DNA of 64,000 nucleotides from an uncultured Acidobacteriota bacterium. Its GTDB lineage: Bacteria > Acidobacteriota > Vicinamibacteria > Fen-336. This document shows, one piece after another, positions 1 to 9,066 of the stretch. How positions within the stretch are numbered: position 1 is the stretch's first letter; each line of letters opens with the position of its first letter. Where the stretch lies: assembly GCA_964442185.1 (NCBI GenBank), contig CAYTWT010000331.1, positions 156 through 64,155 on the forward strand. Reading direction: 5' to 3'. Position numbers and translations under genes: made by a program. Below the pieces are notes generated by a model. It worked only from the letters and a program-made list of their open reading frames with translations, was not told where the DNA came from and did no database searches.

Positions 1-1
1 C

Positions 2-304
2 GACGGCCGCCTGCTCTGTCTATGGGCGCAGGACAAGCAGTTCGGGATCGACGTTCTCGATGCCGACGGCAAGAACCGCGAGACACTCTCCGTGGGCACG
101 ACCTGCTACCGTAACCTGACGCCTTCACCCGACGGGCGCTACTTCGCCGCCACCTTCAGCTTCGATCTGGGCTTCCATCCAATCGACGCACTGCGCCCGC
201 GTCACGTCGAGGCGATCCACCTGCTCGACGCGCGTGGCAACTTCCTGGCACCCCTGGTTCAGGCCTTTGGCGACTCGAATCACTCGCCCGCATGGGCGCG
301 TTGA
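2..304 (+). CDS. TolB-like/PD40 beta-propeller protein, 3' part (truncated by window edge)
   Basis: Frame is open from base 2 (DGRLLCLWAQDKQFGIDVLDADGKNRETLSVGTTCYRNLTPSPDGRYF...HSPAWAR); SPDG and PAW motifs are typical of PD40/TolB repeats. Confidence 0.55.
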   Translation, partial: DGRLLCLWAQDKQFGIDVLDADGKNRETLSVGTTCYRNLTPSPDGRYFAATFSFDLGFHPIDALRPRHVEAIHLLDARGNFLAPLVQAFGDSNHSPAWAR

Positions 305-328
305 CGGCGCTGACCTTGCGGGTATGAT
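301..328 (+). promoter_or_regulatory. sigma70-type promoter of lysW-like/larE
   Basis: TTGACG (301-306), 16-nt spacer, TATGAT (323-328); SD AGGAGG at 341-346. Confidence 0.6.
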
Positions 329-356
329 CCAGACGATTTCAGGAGGCCTTGCCAGC

Positions 357-524
357 ATGGCCGTGTGTCCCGAGTGCGACGCTGCCGTCGAGATCGACGA
401 ATACGATGTCGACAAGGGCGAGGTCATCTCGTGCCCGGAGTGCGGCGTCGACCTCGAGGTCATCGGGCTGGCGCCGCTGGAACTCGACCTGGCGCCCGAG
501 GACGAGGATGATTGGGAGGCATGA
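357..524 (+). CDS. lysW: LysW-like small Zn-ribbon carrier protein (55 aa) with non-canonical C-terminus
   Basis: MAVCPECDAAVEIDEYDVDKGEVISCPECGVDLEVIGLAPLELDLAPEDEDDWEA: two CPEC knuckles and acidic tail as in LysW, but ends DWEA rather than EDWGE; ATG 357 follows AGGAGG. Confidence 0.8.
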   Translation: MAVCPECDAAVEIDEYDVDKGEVISCPECGVDLEVIGLAPLELDLAPEDEDDWEA

Positions 525-1360
525 GCGCGCACCAGCGTGAAGCGGCCCTGGACCGAAGCCTCGACACGATGGGATCGGTCGTGGTCGCTTACAGCGGCGG
601 AGTTGACAGCGCCTACCTGGCCGCTCGCGCGTACCGCCGGCTCGGGGCACGGGCGCTGGCGGTGACGGCCGACTCGGAATCCCTGGCCGAGGCGCAGCGG
701 GAGCGGGCGGCGCAGTTGGCGGCCCATGTCGGGTTCGCGCATCGGGTGATCCGCACCCGAGAGCTCGAGAACCCGCTCTACGTCCGCAACGACGCGGATC
801 GCTGCTACCACTGCAAGTCAGAGTTGTTCCGCCAACTGCTGCCGCTGGCCGCGGCCGAAGGCTTTGCCTACGTCGCCTACGGCTTGATCGTCGACGACCT
901 GGCCGATTTCCGCCCCGGGCATCGCGCTGCCGCGGGGGCGGGCGTGCGCAGCCCGCTGGCAGAGGCGGGCATGACCAAGGCCGACGTCCGCGCTCTCTCC
1001 CGCGAGATGGGACTCTCCAGCTGGGACCTGCCGGCGTCGCCCTGCCTGTCTTCGCGCCTGCCCTACGGCACGCCGGTGACCCCGGAGGCGCTGCGGCGCG
1101 TCGATCGCGCCGAAGCGGCCGTCGCGGCGCTCGGCTTCCGCGAGTTCCGTGTGCGTCATCTCGGCGACCGGGCGCGGGTGGAGATCGCACCGGCCGAGAT
1201 GCCGCGGCTGGCGGAGCCCGGCCTTCGGGAAGCGCTGGCGACCGGGGTCCAGGCCGCTGGCTACCGCGAGGTCGTGCTCGACCCCGAGGGCTATCGCCGC
1301 GGTCGCCTGAACGAGACGCTCCCTGGCCCCCCCGGCACGAGTCTGGGGTATCATTCCTGA
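521..1360 (+). CDS. larE: ATP-dependent sulfur transferase LarE family (PP-loop)
   Basis: AYSGGVDS PP-loop, RCYHCK and PCLSSR cysteines, FRPG...SPL, RVRH; ATG 521 overlaps upstream stop (ATGA). Confidence 0.88.
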   Translation: MSAHQREAALDRSLDTMGSVVVAYSGGVDSAYLAARAYRRLGARALAVTADSESLAEAQRERAAQLAAHVGFAHRVIRTRELENPLYVRNDADRCYHCKSELFRQLLPLAAAEGFAYVAYGLIVDDLADFRPGHRAAAGAGVRSPLAEAGMTKADVRALSREMGLSSWDLPASPCLSSRLPYGTPVTPEALRRVDRAEAAVAALGFREFRVRHLGDRARVEIAPAEMPRLAEPGLREALATGVQAAGYREVVLDPEGYRRGRLNETLPGPPGTSLGYHS

Positions 1361-1390
1361 GGCGCGCGCAGCGCCGCCATGGAGGCGTCC

Positions 1391-1549
1391 ATGTTTGGTC
1401 TCGGTTTTCCCGAGCTTCTCCTCATCCTCTTCATCGTTGTCGTGATCTTCGGAACGAGCCGAATCCCGGAGTTGGGCAAGGGTCTCGGCGAGGGCATCCG
1501 CAACTTCAAGAAGGCGATCAAGGACGAAGAGAAGCCGAAGCAGCCCTGA
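1391..1549 (+). CDS. tatA: Sec-independent translocase subunit TatA (52 aa, not in ORF track)
   Basis: Read from sequence: [52 protein letters not shown]; FG hinge plus amphipathic helix; SD GGAGG. Confidence 0.92.
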   Translation: MFGLGFPELLLILFIVVVIFGTSRIPELGKGLGEGIRNFKKAIKDEEKPKQP

Positions 1550-1574
1550 AACATCTTACGAGAGAGGTGATGGA

Positions 1575-2129
1575 ATGAGACAACTGGTCCTCGTCGCTGT
1601 GGTCGGCCTCGCCGTCGGCCTGGCCGGCTGCGGCGGCAACCCGAAACCCGCCGCGCAGCCCAGCCGGCCGGTCGTCCCCGCGACGCCGCCGCCGGCTCCG
1701 CCGCCGACCGCCCCACGGGACCTGGCTTCTCAGCAGGACGACTACGCGATGCTGCGGCAGAAGTCGGCCGACGAGATCGATCGGATGAGCCTGCTCGCCG
1801 ACGTGCGCTTCGATTTCGACAGCGCCGAGATCCGCCAGGCGGACCGCCCCGTGCTCGGAAAGAATGCCGAGGTGTTGAAGAAGTTCGACTTCCTCAAGGT
1901 CACGCTCGAGGGCCACTGCGACGAGCGCGGCACGGTCGAGTACAACCTGGCGCTGGGCGATCGCCGAGCCAAGGCGGCCTACGACTACCTGGCCTCGCTG
2001 GGCGTCCCGGCGGAACGGATGAAGAGCGTCTCCTATGGCAAGGAAGTTCCGGTCTGCCAGGAGAGCTCCGAGGAGTGCTGGGGGCGCAACCGTCGAGCCA
2101 AGTCCACTGTCACGGGGAAGACCAAGTAG
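1575..2129 (+). CDS. pal: Peptidoglycan-associated lipoprotein, OmpA-like domain
   Basis: Lipobox LAGC; FDFDS, EGHCDERGTVEYNLALGDRRA, SYGKE, NRR motifs. Confidence 0.9.
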   Translation: MRQLVLVAVVGLAVGLAGCGGNPKPAAQPSRPVVPATPPPAPPPTAPRDLASQQDDYAMLRQKSADEIDRMSLLADVRFDFDSAEIRQADRPVLGKNAEVLKKFDFLKVTLEGHCDERGTVEYNLALGDRRAKAAYDYLASLGVPAERMKSVSYGKEVPVCQESSEECWGRNRRAKSTVTGKTK

Positions 2130-2183
2130 TCGCAATTCTCAGCGTGGGCTTTTGCGGGTAGAATTCGCCCGCGACCACGCCCG

Positions 2184-4592
2184 ATGAGCGATTCCGATCC
2201 CAAATCCGATCCTGCGGCTCCGGCTTCTCTGATCAAGGAGATCACCGGCCGGATCGGCAAGTACGAGATCCAGAGGCCCCTCGGAAAGGGCGCCATGGGC
2301 ATGGTCTACCTCGCCCACGACACGGTCCTCGAACGCGACGTCGCGCTCAAGGTCATGGTCGCCTCGATCGCCGACGATCCCGAGTTGAAGCAGCGCTTCG
2401 AGCGCGAGGCCAAGGCCGTCGCGAAGATGACCCACCCCAACGTGGTGAACGTCTTCGATCTCGGCAACCACACCGACGGCTCGCCCTTCATCGCGATGGA
2501 GCTCCTGAAGGGTATGGATCTCCAGAAGGCGATCCGCACGCCGCCGCCGATGTCGCTCGACCGCAAGCTGGCGATCATCGTGCAGGTGCTCGCGGGCCTC
2601 GCCCACGCCCACCAGGCTGGGATCGTACACCGCGACATCAAGCCCGCGAACATCTTCATCAACCACGATGGCACGGTCAAGATCATGGATTTCGGCGTCG
2701 CGCGGCTGACCTCCGCGTCGATGACCGGCACGGGGAACATCGTCGGCACCGCCGACTACATGTCGCCCGAGCAGGTGAAGGGCGCCAAGGTCGACGGCCG
2801 CAGCGACCTGTTCAGCGTCGGCTGCATGCTCTACGAGCTGTTGGCCGGCCGGCGGCCCTTCCACTCCGAAAACCTGATGGCGATCTTCTACAAGATCACC
2901 CACGAGGAGCCGAACTTCGATCTCATCCCGCAGGGCCTCGATTACGACGCGCTGCTGCCGATCCTCAGGAAGTCGCTCGCGAAGAGCCTCGAAGAGCGCC
3001 ATCAGACGGCCTACGAGTTCGCCGTCGACCTGCGCGAGTACCTGAAGAGCCACGCCAGCTCCGAGACCGGCGCGCACGCGCTCGAGGGCCTGATCGACAT
3101 CGAGCCGCCGTCGTCGAGGCCGCCCCAGTCGCTCAGCGACGCCCTGGGTCCGACCCTGGTGGGAGCCGACGAGCTCGGCGGCGGCGGTGGCACCATGGGC
3201 CTGGGCGCCGCAGCCACCGCACGCGGCTCCGCGGTGACCACGCCCGGCAAGCAGGGCACGCAGCGCGGCAAGACGATGGCCGGCGCCGGCGCCCGACACA
3301 GCAGCGTGGCGGCGGCGCCGACCGTGGTGCGGCCGACACCCGTCGCCGCCCCGCGCCACGCCCCGCCCCCGCCCGCGAGCAACATGCCGCTCTACCTGAT
3401 CCTGGGTGTGATGGGCATCGGGATCCTCGGCATCGGCGGTTATCTGGCCTTCAAGCCAGAGAAGCAGCAGACCGTCTACATGCCCGGGCCAGCGACCTCC
3501 GCGCCGGCGACCACCACGCCGCCGCCCAGCACCGTGCCGCCGACCACAGCACCTCCTCCGACGTTCGGCGAGGTCGTGGGCAAGGCGGCGGCTTCGCTCA
3601 AGGGCGCCCAGGCGGCGTTCTCTCAGAGCGACTACGACCGGGCCCTGAGCCTCGCCCAGTCGGCGCTGCGCGAGGATCTTGGCAACGAAACAGCGAAGCG
3701 CATCGTCGAGAACTCTATGAACGGGCAGCGCGCGGTGGGGCACTTCCGTGCCGCCGACTCGGCGATCGGGGCGGGGGACTTCGCCCGCGCCTCGGCCGAG
3801 GCCGAGCAAGGTCGCCTGGCGGCGCCTTGGGACTCGCGCGGACCGAGCTTCGCGACTCGCATCCAGGAAGCGAAACGACGGGCCGAGCAACAGACCGCGC
3901 AACTGGCCGAGCAACAGCAGGCGCAGCAGGCCTCGGCTGTGAAGGCGGCCCAGCTCGCCGAGCTTCTGAACAAGGCCGATGGCGCTCTCTCGGAGCAGAA
4001 GTACGACGCCTCCATCTCGCTGTTCGATTCGGTGCTGGGGCTCGATCCGGCGAACCAGCGCGCGATCCTCGGGAAGTCGAGCGCCGTGCAGGCACGGGCC
4101 GTGTCCCAGGCCGTTGCGGCCGGTGCAAGCGGGAGCCGGGGGGGCGGCGCCGGCAGGGCCTTCGTGATCGGCAAGACCGCCGCCAGCGCCGCCGATGCCG
4201 CCAGCGGCAACGTGCCGCCGGGCTTCGAGGAATCGGCCGGAGTGGGGGTGAAGAAGGGCTCCCAGGCTGCCGAGCTGCCGGGCAAGGTGAGCTTCGAGGT
4301 CGAGCCCGAGAGCGTCAAGCCGGGCGACAGCTATGCCGTCAAGATCTCGCTGCAGAACGAGGGCGGGGCGCCCATCTCGATCAAGGACATGACGCTCACC
4401 ACGACCATCAACGGCCGGAAGATCACCGGTCCGGTTCAGCCCCAGACCAAGGACGTGGCGCCGCAGCAGAAGGCGCTCGTTTACAACCTGGCCGGAAACA
4501 TCTGGAAAGAAGACACGTCTTCCTGGACAATGGAGGTGGTGATCCGCACGGCCCGCGGTGAGACCTACAAGAACCAGGTGACGTGGAGGTAG
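2184..4592 (+). CDS. Hanks-type membrane Ser/Thr protein kinase with extracytoplasmic TPR-like and beta-sandwich region
   Basis: GKGAMG, VALK, HRDIKPAN, DFG, YMSPE; TM helix LYLILGVMGIGILGIGGYLAF; Pro/Thr linker, helical repeats, beta-rich C-terminus. Confidence 0.9.
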   Translation: MSDSDPKSDPAAPASLIKEITGRIGKYEIQRPLGKGAMGMVYLAHDTVLERDVALKVMVASIADDPELKQRFEREAKAVAKMTHPNVVNVFDLGNHTDGSPFIAMELLKGMDLQKAIRTPPPMSLDRKLAIIVQVLAGLAHAHQAGIVHRDIKPANIFINHDGTVKIMDFGVARLTSASMTGTGNIVGTADYMSPEQVKGAKVDGRSDLFSVGCMLYELLAGRRPFHSENLMAIFYKITHEEPNFDLIPQGLDYDALLPILRKSLAKSLEERHQTAYEFAVDLREYLKSHASSETGAHALEGLIDIEPPSSRPPQSLSDALGPTLVGADELGGGGGTMGLGAAATARGSAVTTPGKQGTQRGKTMAGAGARHSSVAAAPTVVRPTPVAAPRHAPPPPASNMPLYLILGVMGIGILGIGGYLAFKPEKQQTVYMPGPATSAPATTTPPPSTVPPTTAPPPTFGEVVGKAAASLKGAQAAFSQSDYDRALSLAQSALREDLGNETAKRIVENSMNGQRAVGHFRAADSAIGAGDFARASAEAEQGRLAAPWDSRGPSFATRIQEAKRRAEQQTAQLAEQQQAQQASAVKAAQLAELLNKADGALSEQKYDASISLFDSVLGLDPANQRAILGKSSAVQARAVSQAVAAGASGSRGGGAGRAFVIGKTAASAADAASGNVPPGFEESAGVGVKKGSQAAELPGKVSFEVEPESVKPGDSYAVKISLQNEGGAPISIKDMTLTTTINGRKITGPVQPQTKDVAPQQKALVYNLAGNIWKEDTSSWTMEVVIRTARGETYKNQVTWR

Positions 4593-4597
4593 CCGCA

Positions 4598-5101
4598 GTG
4601 CGCGTCTTTGGCCTTGCCGTGCTGATCGCCCTGGCCCCGAGCTTGGCGCTTGGCGACGATCCGCCGGTCGTCGAGCATCAGCCCGCTCCCTGCACCGTCG
4701 CCGGCAAGGCGATCTCGCTGTGCGCGACGATCAGCGACGACAATCAGGTCGCCAAGGCCCGGCTCTACTTCCGACGGACTGGCGAGGATTTCTACAACTT
4801 CGTCGACATGCTCTTCATGGGACTCAGCTACTGTGGCACGATCCCTGGCGTGGTCGAGGGCAAGGCCAAGTCCATCGACTACTACCTGCAGGCCGTGGAC
4901 GACCAGTACCAGCCCCAAAGGACCAGCACCTTCTTGATGAACGTGCAGCCCGAAGGCGTTTGCGAGTTTCCGCCGCTCGAGAAGGATGCCGCACGCGCCG
5001 CCTCGATCAAGATCTATGCGACCAGCAAGAAGCAGGGCAAGAAGCTCGACGCCGCCTTCAACCTGAGCGGCGTGAATTTTGTCCCGGTCGTCGCGAAGTA
5101 G
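4598..5101 (+). CDS. Secreted hypothetical protein (Ig-like beta-sandwich predicted)
   Basis: GTG 4598 after GGAGG; signal peptide (VFGLAVLIALAPSLALG); four Cys; alternating beta pattern. Confidence 0.65.
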   Translation: MRVFGLAVLIALAPSLALGDDPPVVEHQPAPCTVAGKAISLCATISDDNQVAKARLYFRRTGEDFYNFVDMLFMGLSYCGTIPGVVEGKAKSIDYYLQAVDDQYQPQRTSTFLMNVQPEGVCEFPPLEKDAARAASIKIYATSKKQGKKLDAAFNLSGVNFVPVVAK

Positions 5102-5912
5102 CTCGCAGGCCTGCCTCGCCGCGCTGCTGAGTCTGTTCGCTGCGCAGGCACGGGCCGAAGTCCGTCTCGAGATCGCCGGCTCGGTGGGCGCGATCACGGC
5201 ACACACGATCGAGGTTCGGGTCGACCTCACGAATCGTGGAACCGAGTCGGCGCAGCAAGTCTCGGTCGCCGGAGAGCTTCTCGAGCACGAGGCGCAGAGC
5301 CGCTTGCCCTTGGATATCGCGGCGGGAGAAAGCCGCGGGCTCACACTCGACTTTCCAGTGGACGGCATGGCGCCCGGCGTCCACGCCACGACGCTGATGA
5401 TCGAGTATCGCACGGGTCCGGAGGCGACCGCGGCGCGTTACTCGCAGCCAGCCTGGGTGCTGATCGCGATCGGCGAGCAGGCCGGGCCTTCCGTGAAGCT
5501 TCGCTTGACGGACGCGAGCGTCGACGTCACTGGACGCCTCGACATCGTCCTCGAGAGCGCCGATGGCGCCGCCCATCGGGTGCTTCTCGCCGTGAAGACG
5601 CCGCACACGCTGCGGGCGCACCCGGTCGAGAGTGTGGTCGACGTGCCGGCTCGGGGGACTCTCACGACCCCAGTCCAGCTGTTCCGGGTGGACGCGCCCT
5701 GGAACTCGCGCCAGGGCCTGCTCGTGATCGCGCGCGACGACACGGGGCCGCTGGTCCGCAGCGCGGTCGCGGCGGGTGCGGCCCAGATCGGCGGCGATCC
5801 CGCGCGCCTGCCGCGGCTGCGGCGTCCGCTCATCGCCCTGGCGCTCCTGCTGCTGGCGCTCGCCGTCGGGGCTGAGATCTGGAGCCGCCGTCAGCTGCAA
5901 AGGGCGGCTTGA
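5079..5912 (+). CDS. Hypothetical exported protein with C-terminal membrane anchor
   Basis: Signal-like AALLSLFAAQARA, beta-rich core (VDLTNRG), C-terminal TM LIALALLLLALAVGA; start codon uncertain. Confidence 0.55.
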   Translation: MSRSSRSSSQACLAALLSLFAAQARAEVRLEIAGSVGAITAHTIEVRVDLTNRGTESAQQVSVAGELLEHEAQSRLPLDIAAGESRGLTLDFPVDGMAPGVHATTLMIEYRTGPEATAARYSQPAWVLIAIGEQAGPSVKLRLTDASVDVTGRLDIVLESADGAAHRVLLAVKTPHTLRAHPVESVVDVPARGTLTTPVQLFRVDAPWNSRQGLLVIARDDTGPLVRSAVAAGAAQIGGDPARLPRLRRPLIALALLLLALAVGAEIWSRRQLQRAA

Positions 5913-5976
5913 ACGCCCCCGGCTGTGCTATGTTTCGCGCCAGCAGTCTCGCTGGCCAATTAGGGAGGATAAAGCC

Positions 5977-6753
5977 GTGGAACTCCTGAACGCACTCTTC
6001 CGCTGGTTGCACATCCTGGCGGGGGTGATCTGGATCGGAATGCTGTATTTCTTCAATTTCGTCAACGGCCCCTTCACTGGCACGCTGGACGCGGAGACCA
6101 AGAAGAAGGTCGTGCCGGAGTTGATGCCCCGGGCCCTGTTCTGGTTCCGTTGGGGCGCGGCTTGGACCTGGCTGACCGGCGTCCTGCTGCTGCTCCTCGT
6201 CTTCTACCACGGCGGCATCATGTTCGAGGCGGATGGCCGGTGGACCGCGGGCGCCGGCGTGATGCTGGCGCTCGTGTTCATCGCACCCTTCGTCTACGAC
6301 GCGCTGCACAAGAGCGCCCTGGGCAAGGACCCGAGGACGTTCGGGGCTGTTTGCTTCACCCTGGCGGCGCTCGTGGCCGGACTGATGGCGCTGTGGGGCG
6401 GTTTCGGCTACCGCGCTTACAACGTCCACATGGCCTCGCTGTTCGGGACGATCATGGCCTTCAACGTGTGGTTCCGAATCTGGCCGGCACAGCAGCAGAT
6501 CATCACGGCGGTCAAGGGCGGCACGGCTCCCGACGGCGCGCTCGTCGCGCTTGCCGGCGCTCGTTCGCGGCACAACGTCTACATGTCCGTGCCGCTGCTC
6601 TGGGGCATGATGAACCAGCACACCGTGACGGTGGGATCGAGCGTCGGGATCCCGTCGCGGTACGGGTTCGTGCTGTTCCTCGTCGTGACCCTGCTCGCCT
6701 GGCACATCGTCTGGCAGCTTTACAAGAAAGCGCCCAAGGTCAAGGGGTTCTAA
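5977..6753 (+). CDS. Urate hydroxylase PuuD-like membrane protein (Urate_ox_N-type), no cytochrome c domain
   Basis: RWLHILAGVIWIGMLYFFNFVN, ALFWFRWGAAWTWLTG, MAFNVWFRIWPAQ, RSRHNVYMSVP motifs; GTG 5977 after GGAGG. Confidence 0.75.
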   Translation: MELLNALFRWLHILAGVIWIGMLYFFNFVNGPFTGTLDAETKKKVVPELMPRALFWFRWGAAWTWLTGVLLLLLVFYHGGIMFEADGRWTAGAGVMLALVFIAPFVYDALHKSALGKDPRTFGAVCFTLAALVAGLMALWGGFGYRAYNVHMASLFGTIMAFNVWFRIWPAQQQIITAVKGGTAPDGALVALAGARSRHNVYMSVPLLWGMMNQHTVTVGSSVGIPSRYGFVLFLVVTLLAWHIVWQLYKKAPKVKGF

Positions 6754-6843
6754 TCGGGAGATCGGGGGGGTACGGAGCCAGGCACCCCGCCAGCGCTTTC
6801 TTCCTTGACAAGCCGTGAAGCCACAACTTATGGTGTGGCGGGA

Positions 6844-7419
6844 ATGGACAAGCCCAAGGACTTCTACCGCGTGCTCGGTGTGGCGCGGAACGCTTCGACG
6901 GCCGCGATCAAGCGCGCCTACCGCCGCCTCGCGAAGCAGCACCATCCCGATTCCGCCCCGAGTCCCTCGGTCGAGGCTTTTCGGCAACTGCAGGTCGCTT
7001 ACGAGACGCTGACCGACGCCGAGCGTCGTCAACGCTACGACGAGACCCTGGTGAGCCAGCCGAACCACTTCGAGTCCCTGTCCTGGTCCTTCGTCCGCAG
7101 CCCCACCGCAGGGGATCTGCGCCGGCCGATCCGTCGCGGCAGCCTTTCAGCAGAGATCCTGTTGACCGCCACGGAGGCGGCGATGGGAGGTGTGCTTCCT
7201 CTCGATCTGCCCCTGCGCGGCCTTTGTCCCGCCTGCCAAGGGACGGGCGGGCCGATCTTCGACTGCTACCGTTGCGCTGGCGAGGGCAGCGTCGAGCGGC
7301 GGCTTCCAGTCCCGCTGAAGATCCCCGCAGGCGTGCGCGACGGGGCCGTTTTCCAGGTCACACTCGACGAGCCGGGCGTCGTCTCCGTGTTGCTCACCGT
7401 GCACCTTCGGCCCGTGTAG
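6844..7419 (+). CDS. DnaJ-domain protein with partial zinc finger
   Basis: DFYRVLGV...HHPD J-domain; two CxxCxGxG repeats (CPACQGTG, CYRCAGEG); IPAGVRDG. Confidence 0.8.
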   Translation: MDKPKDFYRVLGVARNASTAAIKRAYRRLAKQHHPDSAPSPSVEAFRQLQVAYETLTDAERRQRYDETLVSQPNHFESLSWSFVRSPTAGDLRRPIRRGSLSAEILLTATEAAMGGVLPLDLPLRGLCPACQGTGGPIFDCYRCAGEGSVERRLPVPLKIPAGVRDGAVFQVTLDEPGVVSVLLTVHLRPV

Positions 7420-7505
7420 CAAGCGCCCCCCCATCGCCCGCCGCCAATCTTCCTCCCCTCCTCCCGCTTTGCGGCCTGCGCCTCGTGGAACGATAATCAG
7501 CGCGC

Positions 7506-8078
7506 ATGGACGAAGCAGGCATACGTCAGATCGTGGCGGTGAGCAGCGCCGTGAAGCAGCGCTTCTTCGACGAGAACGCGCGGCTCCTGCTCGAGGTCGG
7601 GCAGCGCATCACCGAATGCCTGCGTTCGGGGGGCAAGGTGCTGACCTTCGGCAACGGCGGGTCCGCCGCCGACGCGCAGCACTTCGCGGGAGAGCTGGTC
7701 GGACGCTTCCTGCGCGAGCGGCCGGGTTTCCCCGCGCTCGCCCTCACCACCGATTCGTCGGTCATCACTGCGATCGGGAACGACATGGGGTTCGACGCCG
7801 TTTTCCGGCGCCAGCTCGAGGCGCACGGCCGTCCCGGCGACGTGGCGGTGGGCATCAGCACGTCGGGTCGCTCGCCGAACGTGGTCGAAGGGCTGCGCCT
7901 CGCCCGCAACCGCGGCCTGCTCACGGTGGGTCTCAGCGGCGGTGGAGGTGGACGCCTGGGGGGGCTCGTCCACTATCTGATCGACGTGCCGAGCGACGAT
8001 ACGCCGCGCATTCAAGAGGTGCATGGGATGGTCGTCCACATCCTCTGCCAGCTCGTCGAAGAGGCGATGACACGTTGA
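7506..8078 (+). CDS. gmhA: Phosphoheptose (sedoheptulose-7-P) isomerase
   Basis: FGNGGSAADAQHFAGEL, ALTTDSS, ISTSGRSPNV, PRIQEVH. Confidence 0.93.
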   Translation: MDEAGIRQIVAVSSAVKQRFFDENARLLLEVGQRITECLRSGGKVLTFGNGGSAADAQHFAGELVGRFLRERPGFPALALTTDSSVITAIGNDMGFDAVFRRQLEAHGRPGDVAVGISTSGRSPNVVEGLRLARNRGLLTVGLSGGGGGRLGGLVHYLIDVPSDDTPRIQEVHGMVVHILCQLVEEAMTR

Positions 8079-8104
8079 GGACCGGCCGCCGGCGTCCCGG
8101 CCGC

Positions 8105-9058
8105 GTGTCGCCTCTCGAACTCGACGGCATCCGCACCTATCCGCTCGCCGAGCGCAACAGCAAGGTGACACTCAAGGACTTCGCCCGCCCGCATCGGCCC
8201 GGGGCTCGCATGGCGGAGTTCCTCGACTCGCTGCCGCGCATCCTCGGGGCCGAGACGCTCCGGGCGCTCTGCGCGGACGTGCGGCGCGGGCGGACGCGGC
8301 ACAAGCCGCTGCTGTGGGGCCTGGGCGCCCACGTTTTGAAGGTCGGCCTGTCGCCGATCGTCATCGACCTGATGGAGCGAGGCTTCGTGACCGGCATCGC
8401 ACTGAATGGCGCCGGCATCGTCCACGACTTCGAGCTGACGGTGGCGGGACAGACGTCGGAGGAAGTGGCTGAGGGACTCGGCTCGGGCGCGTTCGGGATG
8501 GCGCGCGAAACCGGGGCCGAGATCAACCGCGCGATGCTCGAGGGCGATCGCGATGGCCTCGGCCTCGGCGCCGCGATCGGCCGTTATCTCACCGAGCGTC
8601 GGCCGAAGCATCTGGGCGCGAGCCTGTTTGCGGCCGCCTGGCGGCTCGGGCTGCCGGCGACCGTGCACGTCGCCATCGGCACCGACATCGTTCACATGCA
8701 CCCGGCCTGTGACCCGGCCGCGCTGGGTCGCACCAGCCACCTCGATTTCCGCACCTTTGCGGCGCACGTCGCGCGCCTCGGCGGCGGCGGCGTCTATCTG
8801 AACGTGGGCTCGGCCGTGCTGCTGCCCGAAGTGTTCCTGAAGGCTGTGACGCTCGCGCGCAACCTGGGTCACGAACTCAGCGATTTCACCACCGCCAACC
8901 TCGATTTCATCCAGTCCTATCGACCGAACGCAAACGTGGTGTCGCGCCCGACCCAGGGTGTGGGTCGCGGCTACAGCCTCACCGGCCACCACGAGATCCT
9001 GATCCCGCTGCTGGCCGCATCGCTTCTCGAGAGCGCTGCACGCCGGCCGCGCCGCTAG
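8105..9058 (+). CDS. Conserved uncharacterised protein, deoxyhypusine-synthase-like fold
   Basis: GAHVLKVG, NGAGIVHDFE, HVAIGTDIVHMHP, NVGSAVLLPEVFLKA, GHHE; GTG 8105 inside ORF 7469-9058. Confidence 0.65.
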   Translation: MSPLELDGIRTYPLAERNSKVTLKDFARPHRPGARMAEFLDSLPRILGAETLRALCADVRRGRTRHKPLLWGLGAHVLKVGLSPIVIDLMERGFVTGIALNGAGIVHDFELTVAGQTSEEVAEGLGSGAFGMARETGAEINRAMLEGDRDGLGLGAAIGRYLTERRPKHLGASLFAAAWRLGLPATVHVAIGTDIVHMHPACDPAALGRTSHLDFRTFAAHVARLGGGGVYLNVGSAVLLPEVFLKAVTLARNLGHELSDFTTANLDFIQSYRPNANVVSRPTQGVGRGYSLTGHHEILIPLLAASLLESAARRPRR

Positions 9059-9066
9059 CCCGACGC

